From Candidatus Micrarchaeota archaeon (lineage in GTDB: Archaea; Micrarchaeota; Micrarchaeia; Anstonellales; Bilamarchaeaceae), in NCBI GenBank assembly GCA_038046805.1, contig JBBSVO010000011.1, positions 1 to 59,463 of the forward strand: 59,463 nucleotides of DNA, in the 5' to 3' direction. Within the stretch, counting starts at the first letter, position 1. The number at the start of each line of letters is the position of its first letter. The notes under the pieces are model-generated. The model ran no database searches. It saw only the letters and a list, made by a program, of their open reading frames with translations, and was not told where the DNA came from. Of this stretch, positions 29,188 through 38,416 are shown piece after piece. The position numbers were made by a program, and so were the translations under genes.

Positions 29188-29451
29188 CTACTCCTTTACG
29201 CATTCTTCGATTTCAACTCGTTTTGCAAAATTTAGATACCACTGCCTGTCATGCCCAGAGGGTCTCATAACAAGAAACTCTTGCTTTCGTAATTCATAAG
29301 CTACCTCTATAACAAGCCCACGAAGATGTGGTGGAAAGCCTTTTGGCAGATTGCTTTCTGAAACATGGCCCTTTCCCCAACAACCAAGATTATAAAGTTT
29401 TTTGAGGATGACTTTTCTTATTTCAGAGAATGCCTTTTCGCTGAGTTTCAT
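29188..29451 (-). CDS. Small hypothetical protein (possible winged helix)
   Basis: 87 aa ORF divergent from a wHTH gene. Confidence 0.6.
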   Translation of the reverse strand: MKLSEKAFSEIRKVILKKLYNLGCWGKGHVSESNLPKGFPPHLRGLVIEVAYELRKQEFLVMRPSGHDRQWYLNFAKRVEIEECVKE

Positions 29452-29585
29452 GGTTGCCGCCTTTGTTTAATTTTTATACATTGAACGTATAGATATTTAA
29501 ACTTAGTCTTTACCATATTATCTAGTACATATCAGTAGATCATATCAGTAAATGCTGATCCAATATACTATTACAATATACATGT

Positions 29586-29954
29586 ATGTTGATTAACATG
29601 GAAAGAACAAAATCAATCTTTGTAGAAACCTTCGGGGATTCTCCCCACATCCGCACTTTGGATTTCTTCCTTACGTTCAGCGAATTTGATTATTCCAAAT
29701 CCCAGATGGCTTCTGAGCTGGGGATTTCCAGGGTTACAATGGAACCAATATGGAACAGGTTGATTAAGAGCGGATTTCTTAAAAAGATAAGGGTTATCGG
29801 AAGAGCGGAAATGTATTCTTTGAATAAGTCCAATCCGCGGGTGAAAGAGTTACTGGATTTGAATTTTAAGTTTTGCTCCTCGGCAGCAGATGAGGAAATT
29901 GAAGAAGGAAAAATAGTTGCAAGGGCGAACGTTAGAGGAAAAGCGGCGCGTTAG
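29586..29954 (+). CDS. Winged-helix DNA-binding protein
   Basis: DYSKSQMASELGISRVT, GRAEMYSLN. Confidence 0.75.
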   Translation: MLINMERTKSIFVETFGDSPHIRTLDFFLTFSEFDYSKSQMASELGISRVTMEPIWNRLIKSGFLKKIRVIGRAEMYSLNKSNPRVKELLDLNFKFCSSAADEEIEEGKIVARANVRGKAAR

Positions 29955-29967
29955 TGAATATTCGTCA

Positions 29968-30348
29968 TTACAGCATCTTCACAACATCCAGCGGTAGCAG
30001 TGCACATTTCATTCTCGTGGGATTCTTTGAAAGGTCAATCCTCAGGAGTTCAAGTACATCCTCCTTTTTCATCTTCTTTGCCTGTTCAAGGGTTTTTCCT
30101 TTCAATGCTTCAGTAAGCAGGGAAGTGGAAACCTGGCTTATTGCGCAACCCTTTCCATTGAATTTTATTTCGGAAATGCGCCCGCTTTTGTCCAACCGTG
30201 CGGCTATTTCCACATTATCCCCGCAGGATGGATTTCCGCTTGACGCGCTCACGCTTGGCTTTTCAATCTTCCCGAAATTAAGCGGATTTTTGTAAATCTC
30301 CATTATGAATTCCTGGTAAATGTCCGAAGAGGTGCCGGCATTGTTCAT
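29968..30348 (-). CDS. sufU: SufU/IscU-type Fe-S scaffold
   Basis: NPSCGD, GCAISQ, RMKCALL. Confidence 0.92.
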   Translation of the reverse strand: MNNAGTSSDIYQEFIMEIYKNPLNFGKIEKPSVSASSGNPSCGDNVEIAARLDKSGRISEIKFNGKGCAISQVSTSLLTEALKGKTLEQAKKMKKEDVLELLRIDLSKNPTRMKCALLPLDVVKML

Positions 30349-31637
30349 TTCCTTTTCCCCCCAACACCGAATATCTTTTTCGCTTCTTCAATCGCATTAA
30401 TCATTCTGTCTATTTCTTCCTGGGTATTATACAAATAAAAGCTCGCCCTGTTCGTTGAATCAAGCCCAAGCCTTTCGTGTAAAGGCATTGCGCAGTGGTG
30501 TCCGCTTCTTATCGCAACATTATATTCATCAAGAATCGCTGCAACATCGTGCGGATGAACACCATCAATCGTAAATGGGATTATTCCGAGTCGGTTGTTG
30601 GCGTTTGCAGGGCCGTATTGTTTAATGCCTTCGGCCTCGCGGAACCTTTCCATAGCATATTCTGTTAATTTTTTTTCGTGTTCCGCGATTTCTTCCATTC
30701 CAACAGTTCGTAGGTAATCTATTGCCGCATGTAGTCCTATTGCTTCGGCAATTCCGGGTGTTCCGGCCTCGAATTTGTGTGGAAGCTTTGCCCATGTGCT
30801 TTTCTCGCGACGCACTTCGCGTATCATATCCCCGCCATAAAGAAATGGCGGCATTTTTTCAAGGATTTCTGTTTTTCCATATAATGCGCCTATTCCACTC
30901 GGTCCGAGCATCTTATGCCCGGTAATCACAAAAAAGTCGCATCCCATTTTTTCAACATCAACCGGAATATGCGGGGCACTTTGTGCGCCATCGACAAGAA
31001 CAACCGCACCGGCGTCGTGAGCTGCCTTTACAATCCCACGGACATTGTTTATGGTTCCGAGAACGTTTGATGCATGCGTTATCGCAACTAGTTTAGCCCC
31101 GCGTAATTTAACGAATTCGCTTTCCGAAATCCCGTAACCGTGCGGATCAATATCAAGAATCTCCAGTTTCGCCTTTTTCCTTTTCGCAAGCTGCTGCCAT
31201 GGAACAAAGTTGCTGTGGTGCTCCATGATTGAAATTACAATCTTATCACCGCGTTTTATGTTTGCTTCGCCCCAGGAATATGCGACAAGATTTATTGCTT
31301 CGGTCGCGTTTCTAGTGAAGATTATCTGTTCGCTGTTGTTTCCCGCCCCGTCGCTCCCGCCTGTCCTGTCGTTTCCATTTGCCCCAATAAAATCCGCAAC
31401 CGCCTCACGCGCTTTCTCATACCTGTCGGTTGCCTCTTCGCTAAACCTGTAAAGTCCGCGATGGACGTTGGCATAATACTCGTAGTAGCATTGTTGCATC
31501 GCCTCCACAACCTGTCGTGGCTTTTGCGAGCTTGAGGCATTGTCAAGATATGCAACTGGTTTTCCATCTTTTCCAGTTTTTTCACTCGTCTTCCTGAACA
31601 GAATCGGAAAATCCGCGCGTATTTTTTCAACATTCAT
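30345..31637 (-). CDS. sufS: Cysteine desulfurase (group II)
   Basis: YLDNA, GHKM, RSGHHCA. Confidence 0.95.
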   Translation of the reverse strand: MNVEKIRADFPILFRKTSEKTGKDGKPVAYLDNASSSQKPRQVVEAMQQCYYEYYANVHRGLYRFSEEATDRYEKAREAVADFIGANGNDRTGGSDGAGNNSEQIIFTRNATEAINLVAYSWGEANIKRGDKIVISIMEHHSNFVPWQQLAKRKKAKLEILDIDPHGYGISESEFVKLRGAKLVAITHASNVLGTINNVRGIVKAAHDAGAVVLVDGAQSAPHIPVDVEKMGCDFFVITGHKMLGPSGIGALYGKTEILEKMPPFLYGGDMIREVRREKSTWAKLPHKFEAGTPGIAEAIGLHAAIDYLRTVGMEEIAEHEKKLTEYAMERFREAEGIKQYGPANANNRLGIIPFTIDGVHPHDVAAILDEYNVAIRSGHHCAMPLHERLGLDSTNRASFYLYNTQEEIDRMINAIEEAKKIFGVGGKRK

Positions 31638-31643
31638 TTTTAC

Positions 31644-32429
31644 TCACTTCGAGTACTTTTTGTATCCGCTTTTTTCTATTTCCTGTGCAATTTCTGGTCC
31701 TCCACTTTTGATTAGTTTCCCGTCAACCATTATATGGACGTGGTGCGGTTTCACATACTCAAGAATTTTTGCATTGTGCGTTATTATAATGAACGCGCGC
31801 TTTTCGCCAGAGCTTGCGTTCGCCATTTTCTTTATTTCCTCGGCCATCATCCTTAAGCCGTCGGCATCAAGCCCGGAATCCATCTCATCCAGAATAGCGA
31901 GTTTTGGCTCAAGCACTCGCATCTGGAGAAGTTCCGCGCGTTTCTTCTCTCCACCCGAGAATCCCACATTTATCTCGCGTTTTACTGTATCTTCTCCAAG
32001 CCCGACTTCCTTTGCAATCTTTTTAGCGTCTTCCTGTAGTTTCACCATCGCGCCGATATCCATTCCATTATTTGTTCTGGTCTTTCCAGATGCGGTCCCC
32101 GTGTCATTTACCGCTGATTTTGCTGCGCGTATAAAGCTTCCGAAGGTAACTCCCTCTATTTCAGGCGGGTTCTGGAATGCAAGGAAAATCCCAAGCGCGG
32201 CGCGTTCTTCCGGAACAAGTTTTGTTATCTCTTTTCCTTCAAAAAGGATTTTGCCATCAACAGAAAATATCGGGTTTCCCATTATCGCATTGGCAAGCGT
32301 GCTTTTCCCAGAGCCGTTTGGTCCCATTATTACGTGGATTTCACCCTTTTTTATTGAAAGTGAAACGCAGTCTATAATTTTTTCCGCATCGCCTATGTTT
32401 ACGGTTAGATTTTTTATTTCAAGTAGCAT
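31644..32429 (-). CDS. sufC: Fe-S assembly ATPase SufC
   Basis: GPNGSGKS, FSGGEKKR, DSGLD. Confidence 0.95.
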   Translation of the reverse strand: MLLEIKNLTVNIGDAEKIIDCVSLSIKKGEIHVIMGPNGSGKSTLANAIMGNPIFSVDGKILFEGKEITKLVPEERAALGIFLAFQNPPEIEGVTFGSFIRAAKSAVNDTGTASGKTRTNNGMDIGAMVKLQEDAKKIAKEVGLGEDTVKREINVGFSGGEKKRAELLQMRVLEPKLAILDEMDSGLDADGLRMMAEEIKKMANASSGEKRAFIIITHNAKILEYVKPHHVHIMVDGKLIKSGGPEIAQEIEKSGYKKYSK

Positions 32430-32467
32430 GTAATTCACGTTCCACATAGTCTTTCTGCCCTTTCTAT

Positions 32468-32890
32468 TCACTTTACCCTCTCAACCAAAATCGCCGGGCA
32501 GACTTTTGAAACTCCCTTCGTGTTCTCAATTTCCTTTACCACTTCCTCAAATCTTTTTCGTGTGTTCGCCCAGACCTCTGCCATGAGCATATGGTCTCCT
32601 GTGCTTGCGAACAGACTTTTTATTTCATTTACTTTTTTGAGCCGCTCCATTACGTGAAGGTATTCCTCAGGATATGTATCAAGCCCTACAAATGCGTGCA
32701 TGTTAAATCCAATGTTCTTTGGGTTTATCTTTATTGAATACCCTTCTATTACTCCGTAGTCCTTTAGCTGGGTTATCCTTTTTCTAACTGCAGTATCGCT
32801 TATCCCAAGTTCTTTTCCTATGCTGGATAATGGTGTTTGTGAGTTCTCCAACAAGGCTTCAATAATATAGAGGTCTCGTTCATCTATCAT
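32468..32890 (-). CDS. Lrp/AsnC family regulator
   Basis: ISDTAVRKRI, STGDHMLM, VCPAIL. Confidence 0.9.
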   Translation of the reverse strand: MIDERDLYIIEALLENSQTPLSSIGKELGISDTAVRKRITQLKDYGVIEGYSIKINPKNIGFNMHAFVGLDTYPEEYLHVMERLKKVNEIKSLFASTGDHMLMAEVWANTRKRFEEVVKEIENTKGVSKVCPAILVERVK

Positions 32891-32997
32891 GGTATATCAT
32901 CCCAAATCTAGTCAAACCTAGTACTAGTTTGTTATTAGAACTATTAGGTTTAAAAATATAACCTACAAGTATCTATTTGTGCTTTTTTGGTGAAAAA

Positions 32998-34332
32998 ATG
33001 AAAAAAGGACTGACCGAGGAGATAGTGCGTGAGATTTCAAAACTGAAAGACGAGCCGCAGTGGATGACGGATTTTCGCCTTAATGCATATCATCTGTTCC
33101 TTCAAAAGCAACTTCCAGGCTGGGGTCCGGATTTATCCAGGAAGATTGATTTTGATGATTACTATTATTATGTCAGTCCAACCGATTCCAAATCAAAAGA
33201 GGCAGACTGGTCAAAAGTTCCAAAAAATATCCGCGACACTTTTGACAAGCTTGGTATTCCTGAAGCAGAGAGAAAATATCTTGCCGGTTCTGCAGCGCAG
33301 CTTGAAAGCGACGTTGTTTATTGCAATCTGAAAAAAGAATGGGAATCAAAGGGAATAATTTTTTGCGATATGGATACTGCGGTTAAGGAGCACGGGGAAA
33401 TCGTTAAGGAATATATCGGAAAACTTGTCCCTTCTTCGGATAATACATTCGCAGCGCTTAATTCCGCAGTCTGGAGTGGCGGTTCGTTTATCTATATCCC
33501 GCGCGGAGTAAAACTGGACATACCTTTACAGGCATACTTTAGGATTAACACAAAAAATATAGGGCAATTTGAAAGAACGCTTATTATTGCAGATGAGGAA
33601 AGCAGCGTCAGCTACATCGAGGGATGTTCCGCACCAATTTATTCCGAATCCGCGCTTCATGCAGCCGTAGTCGAAGTCTTTGCGAAACGCGGAGCAAAGG
33701 TGCGGTACACAACCATACAAAACTGGTCCAATAATGTTCTAAATCTTGTTACAAAGCGTTCTGTTGCCGAAGAGAATGCAATAATTGAATGGGTTGACGG
33801 AAACATCGGTTCCGCAGTAACTATGAAATATCCGTGTGTGATCCTGCGTGGTAAGGGCGCAAAGACAAATATTTTGAGCGTTGCCTATTCAGGAAAAGGG
33901 CAAATACAAGATGCGGGTGCAAAGGTTTTCCATCTTGCACCGAACACTTCCTCAAAAATCATTTCAAAAAGCCTTAGCAAGGATGGGGGAAGGAGTAGTT
34001 ACCGCGGGCTTGTAAAAATCGCAAAAGGTGCAAAAGGCGCAAAATGCAGCGTGAAATGCGATGCACTTATACTTGACGAAAAATCCCGTTCTGATACTTA
34101 TCCAACAATAGATATTGACGAAAAGAGTGCGAGCGTTTCTCACGAAGCAAGCGTTGGAAAGATAAGTGCAGACAAGCTTTTTTACATCCAAAGCAGGGGG
34201 ATAAAAGCCGATGATGCAATGACTGTGGTTGTTCTTGGTTTTGTTGAGCCGTTTGTCAAGGAGCTTCCTATGGAGTATGCGGTTGAATTGAACAGGCTGA
34301 TAAGAATGAGCATGGAGGGGGCAGTCGGATGA
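32998..34332 (+). CDS. sufB: Fe-S assembly protein SufB
   Basis: [34 protein letters not shown]. Confidence 0.96.
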   Translation: MKKGLTEEIVREISKLKDEPQWMTDFRLNAYHLFLQKQLPGWGPDLSRKIDFDDYYYYVSPTDSKSKEADWSKVPKNIRDTFDKLGIPEAERKYLAGSAAQLESDVVYCNLKKEWESKGIIFCDMDTAVKEHGEIVKEYIGKLVPSSDNTFAALNSAVWSGGSFIYIPRGVKLDIPLQAYFRINTKNIGQFERTLIIADEESSVSYIEGCSAPIYSESALHAAVVEVFAKRGAKVRYTTIQNWSNNVLNLVTKRSVAEENAIIEWVDGNIGSAVTMKYPCVILRGKGAKTNILSVAYSGKGQIQDAGAKVFHLAPNTSSKIISKSLSKDGGRSSYRGLVKIAKGAKGAKCSVKCDALILDEKSRSDTYPTIDIDEKSASVSHEASVGKISADKLFYIQSRGIKADDAMTVVVLGFVEPFVKELPMEYAVELNRLIRMSMEGAVG

Positions 34333-35471
34333 AGCAATACCTTGCGGATGAGGAAACCGTTATGCGCATTTCGCGCGGGCTTAACGAGCCAAAATGGCTG
34401 TTGAATGAGCGTCTGCGGGCATTTCATATTTTTCAGAAGCTGCTTTTGGCAGAAAAAAAACCGCAGGAATTTTCAGCTTTTATCTTTGGTTCAGAAAACC
34501 ACATTGCGAAAAAGCCCGTAGGAAAGTTTGAAGGAGTTCATGTGGATTCCCTCCACGATCTGCTTGAAAGCAAAGACGGCAGGGATGCTATTGCACAAAA
34601 CATGTTCAAAAGCCGCATGGGCAATCCCATTCGCGGAATTGATGAAGCGTTCGTGGGGGCGTTTTTCACAGAATGCAATTTTTTCGGAACCGATTCCTGC
34701 GATGCCGAAAGCGAAAAAGAAAATGGCCCGTTGGGAACAAGAACGAAATTTTCCGCGAATTTTTCATCCTGTGGCGGAGTCTCCCTTAATTTTTTCATTG
34801 TTTCAAGCGGAACTGAGCTTGATTGTTCGATTGAATCTAGTTCTCATACCTGTAATTCTTTCGGAATAAACGAATTCTATGTTTTCGACGAGGCGGATGT
34901 TTTGTTCCGCTCGAAAGTCGATAGTCTAGGTGCTGAAGGAGTTAACACAACAAATCGTATCAATCTAAATCGTATCAATCTTTTTGCAGTGAATAAATCT
35001 GCTTCAGCCACAGTGCGTTCGTTGCATCTGTCGAGCGGAAAATCCAAAACCGAAGTAATGCTTTTTGGCGAAGACTCCGAAGCAAACGTGCGGGAATCAT
35101 TCGCACTCGGAAGCGGAACTGCGCATATTTCGTCTTCCGTAGCTCATTTGGCTTCAAACACCGATTCTTCAGTTACCATGAATGGGGCGTTGGACGGAAA
35201 TGCGCGGGCATCTGTTCGCGGAAAGATTTCAATTCCAAAAAACATCAAATCCGCAACGTCTTTCCTTGAGGAGCGTGTCCTGTTGCTCTCGGAAGAAGCA
35301 AGCGCAGAAGCAATTCCTCTTCTTGAAATAGAATCAAATGATGTCGATGTCGGGCATTCAGCATCTGTTTCCGATATAACAGATGAGCAAAGGTTCTACG
35401 CTCGCTCGCGTGGGCTGAATGAAACGAAAATCAAGAGAATGGTTTTTGAGGGGATTGTAGAAATGGAATAA
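34329..35471 (+). CDS. sufD: SufD-like protein (divergent)
   Basis: [22 protein letters not shown]; follows sufB. Confidence 0.85.
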   Translation: MKQYLADEETVMRISRGLNEPKWLLNERLRAFHIFQKLLLAEKKPQEFSAFIFGSENHIAKKPVGKFEGVHVDSLHDLLESKDGRDAIAQNMFKSRMGNPIRGIDEAFVGAFFTECNFFGTDSCDAESEKENGPLGTRTKFSANFSSCGGVSLNFFIVSSGTELDCSIESSSHTCNSFGINEFYVFDEADVLFRSKVDSLGAEGVNTTNRINLNRINLFAVNKSASATVRSLHLSSGKSKTEVMLFGEDSEANVRESFALGSGTAHISSSVAHLASNTDSSVTMNGALDGNARASVRGKISIPKNIKSATSFLEERVLLLSEEASAEAIPLLEIESNDVDVGHSASVSDITDEQRFYARSRGLNETKIKRMVFEGIVEME

Positions 35472-35594
35472 GGCGCAAAACCCAAGACCCAAGACTTTTA
35501 AACCCTCCTCTTCATAAATTTCTTGTAAATCAAACCTAATCTAAGTCCTCTCGCGAGGGCGAGTCGTGATCTTCACGGCGATTTGGTGAGTACT

Positions 35595-35942
35595 ATGAAA
35601 AGCATTAAAGATAATTCTCAGCTAGCTGGTTTAATCTCAGAGCTGAAAAAGGCAAACAAGGGGATATGGAAAAGGGCTGCGCATGAATTGTCCAGGCCAA
35701 GGAAAGAGAGAATAGAAGTAAATCTTAGCAAGCTTTCTCTTTATGCAGGCAATGGAATAACACTGCTTGTTCCAGGCAAGGTGCTTGGCATGGGAACCTC
35801 GGTAAAAAGTCTGTCTGTAGCGGCATTCTCATTCAGTTCGTCCGCAAGGAAGCTCATTGAAGCAAGCGGTGGCAAGGCAATTTCCATAAGCGATTTGCAC
35901 AAATCCAATCCGCAGGGAAAAGATGTAGTAATCATCGTCTAA
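35595..35942 (+). CDS. rpl18e: 50S ribosomal protein L18e
   Basis: EVNLSKL, VPGKVLG, AAFSFS. Confidence 0.95.
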   Translation: MKSIKDNSQLAGLISELKKANKGIWKRAAHELSRPRKERIEVNLSKLSLYAGNGITLLVPGKVLGMGTSVKSLSVAAFSFSSSARKLIEASGGKAISISDLHKSNPQGKDVVIIV

Positions 35943-35957
35943 AATTGAGGTGTTCAC

Positions 35958-36368
35958 ATGCTCGTAATTGATGGAAACAAAAAGGTTTTTGGGCGAATGG
36001 CGACCCATGTTGCCAAAAAGCTCATCTTAGGAGAGGAAGTGCACGTAATTAATGCAGAAAGTATTCTGTTAACTGGTGATCCGGATAATATAACTGATAA
36101 ATATCTCGCAAGAAGATGGCTTCAGCATAAGGGAACACCGGAAAAATCTCCTTCGTGGCCAAGAGTGCCATCAATGCTTATAAGAAGGATGATTCGTGGG
36201 ATGCTCCCAAGAAAAAAAGCAAGCGGGCTTGCGGCATACAAGCGTCTTCGCGTTTATATTGGTAATCCAAAAAATCTATCTTCAAATCTTGAGCTCAAGG
36301 AAGCAGTCTTTAAAGGGAAATGCAGGACTCTTTCTATGAGAGAACTGTGTAGAAGGTTGGGGTATTGA
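35958..36368 (+). CDS. rpl13: 50S ribosomal protein L13
   Basis: GRMATHVAK, RMIRGMLP. Confidence 0.95.
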   Translation: MLVIDGNKKVFGRMATHVAKKLILGEEVHVINAESILLTGDPDNITDKYLARRWLQHKGTPEKSPSWPRVPSMLIRRMIRGMLPRKKASGLAAYKRLRVYIGNPKNLSSNLELKEAVFKGKCRTLSMRELCRRLGY

Positions 36369-36388
36369 TATTTAGATGGTGATATTGC

Positions 36389-37093
36389 ATGACTGAACAC
36401 AAGACAGAAAACCAAGAAGAAAAAAAGGTAGAGCAATCTCATAAAACCGAGGAACACGTTCACGCAGAAAAGCCTGTTCTCAAAGAGGAACCGCCTAAAT
36501 CAGGTGAAACTCCAAAGGAAGGCAAACCAAAAATTGCAAAGCGTTCCGTAGCAAAGAAACCTACAGTGGCAAAGGAAGCCCCTAAAGAAAGTAGTCTACC
36601 TGTCAAGGCACCTGCTTCAGCAGAACCCTCGGCAACAGTTGAAAAGCCTGTTGAAAAAGAAAAGAAAGCCCCTAAGAAAAGGGCAAAAAAAGGCGCAGGG
36701 GCCATTGTAGCAAGGGGTAAAAGAAAAACTTCTATTGCAAGAGCATCTATACGAAAAGGCCGGGGAATAGTCCGTGTAAATGGCCAGAATGTGAGCGCAT
36801 TGAATAATAAATATGTTCGTTCGATTATTCTCGAGCCGCTTAAGTTTGCCGGTGCAGATGCAGCAGCTGTGGATATCAGCGTAAATGTTAATGGCGGAGG
36901 AATGATGGGCCAGGCCCAAGCAGTTAGAACTGCAATCGCACATGCAATCGTTCAATATCTTGATAATAAAGATATCGAGTCGCGCATGGTTGCTTATGAT
37001 AGAACCCTGTTAGTGGAAGATTCAAGAAGAGTAGAATCCAAGAAATACCTTGGAAGAAAGGCAAGAGCAAGGTTCCAGAAATCATACAGATGA
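36389..37093 (+). CDS. rps9: 30S ribosomal protein S9 with long N-terminal extension
   Basis: GKRKTSIAR, GGGMMGQA, ARFQKSYR. Confidence 0.96.
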   Translation: MTEHKTENQEEKKVEQSHKTEEHVHAEKPVLKEEPPKSGETPKEGKPKIAKRSVAKKPTVAKEAPKESSLPVKAPASAEPSATVEKPVEKEKKAPKKRAKKGAGAIVARGKRKTSIARASIRKGRGIVRVNGQNVSALNNKYVRSIILEPLKFAGADAAAVDISVNVNGGGMMGQAQAVRTAIAHAIVQYLDNKDIESRMVAYDRTLLVEDSRRVESKKYLGRKARARFQKSYR

Positions 37094-37109
37094 TTATTGA
37101 GGTGTATAG

Positions 37110-37304
37110 ATGGAATTTTCAATAAGGTGCTTTACATGCGGGTCGGTTATTGGCGATCTGTATGAAAAATATCTAGAAGGTTGTAAGGAAAAGAAACCAG
37201 CAGAGGTTCTTGATGCGCTTCATATTGAGCGCTTTTGCTGCAGAAGGATGTTTATATCGCACGTTGATGCGATAGGAACGATCTCAAAATATTCAAGAAA
37301 ATGA
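37110..37304 (+). CDS. rpoN: RNA polymerase subunit N (Rpo10)
   Basis: IRCFTCG, RFCCRRM. Confidence 0.95.
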   Translation: MEFSIRCFTCGSVIGDLYEKYLEGCKEKKPAEVLDALHIERFCCRRMFISHVDAIGTISKYSRK

Positions 37305-37314
37305 AAATATTAAT

Positions 37315-37491
37315 GGGATCGTGAGGCAACCTGGCAACCTGCAAGCTTGGGGTGCTTGTTATCTGAGTTCAAGAGCCCTTTTGACTCCTGGTTTATAAGG
37401 ACAAAAGTGCTTTACCTCCAAAGTCCTGAGGAAACATGCGTACGAAACGCAAAACTCAAGACAGGGGACAGAACACATCTCGGCGATCCCA
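37315..37491 (+). tRNA. tRNA-Pro(GGG) with ~100-nt T-loop intron
   Basis: Acceptor GGGATCG/CGATCCC+A; CAAGC-TTGGGGT-GCTTG; CTGAG-TTCAA[intron]AT-CTCGG; usual position after rpoN. Confidence 0.9.
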
Positions 37492-37543
37492 ATTCATACT
37501 AAATATAGGGAACATTGGTGTACACACAAAAGAAGTGATTTGC

Positions 37544-38248
37544 ATGACGGATGAAAAAACAAAAGCAAGTTTGCTTGTAAAACAAGAAATGTATCTTGAG
37601 GCAGGTATCCATATCGGAACCAAGATTCGAACGTACGATATGAAGGAGTTTGTTTTCAAGAGAAGGGACGATGGTTTGTATATTCTTGATCTTAGAAAAA
37701 CAGACGAACGTCTTCTTGTGGCAGCGAAAATCCTTTCAAAGGTGACGAAGCCAGAAGACATTCTTGTTGTCGCGTCCAGAACCTATTCAAGTAATGCAGC
37801 ATCCAAGTTCGCGGCATTGACCGGAGTTCAGCTTTTAAAAGGCCGATTTATTCCAGGAACAATGACAAATCTTGCGTACAAAGGATTCAGAGAGCCAAAA
37901 CTTATTCTTGTTTGTGATCCAAAAGGCGAACGCGAGGCAATCGCGGAATCTGCGAAAAACGGAGTTCCGGTCATTGCATTGTGTGATACTGACAACGAGA
38001 CAAAATTCATTGACTGGATTGTTCCACTCAATAACAAGGGAAAGCGTTCACTCGCACTTATATTCTTCATACTCACACGCGAGTTGATGGTTTCTCAGGG
38101 AAAAATCGCTTCATATGATGAATTCAAGTATGATCTTGGATATTTCGAACATATGGAAGATCTTGAGGAGAAAGCAAAACCTGTCCAGGTACCGGCCGAA
38201 CCGGTGCAGCCAGCTGTGCAGGAAGGTCAAAAGGTAGTATCTTCATAA
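37544..38248 (+). CDS. rps2: 30S ribosomal protein S2
   Basis: YLEAGIHIGT, RFIPGT, NNKGKRSLA. Confidence 0.96.
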   Translation: MTDEKTKASLLVKQEMYLEAGIHIGTKIRTYDMKEFVFKRRDDGLYILDLRKTDERLLVAAKILSKVTKPEDILVVASRTYSSNAASKFAALTGVQLLKGRFIPGTMTNLAYKGFREPKLILVCDPKGEREAIAESAKNGVPVIALCDTDNETKFIDWIVPLNNKGKRSLALIFFILTRELMVSQGKIASYDEFKYDLGYFEHMEDLEEKAKPVQVPAEPVQPAVQEGQKVVSS

Positions 38249-38249
38249 T

Positions 38250-38340
38250 TTTGGCGGTTAGCCATTAGTGGTTAGCTAGTAGCTACTACCAAAAGGCTAA
38301 TCGCTACAAACTAATCGCTACAGACCAACAGCTAACTAAA
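38250..38340. repeat. Inverted array of degenerate heptamers (TTAGC../..GCTA)
   Basis: ttggcgg ttagcca ttagtgg ttagcta ... gctaatc gctacaa actaatc gctacag; same family at 56745-56818. Confidence 0.7.
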
Positions 38341-38416
38341 TTACCATTACTTTTTTTGTAATTCAATTCTTATTTTTTGACAAAGGTTTAAATAGTCCAT
38401 TTGTCCCATCTTCGTC

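Noticed and set aside
31540..32433. 297-aa plus-strand ORF, and similar long antisense ORFs over ftsZ and others
   Set aside because: Shadow ORFs opposite well-supported genes
34952..34981. 15-bp tandem duplication in sufD (NRINL x2)
   Set aside because: Real but in-frame and probably neutral
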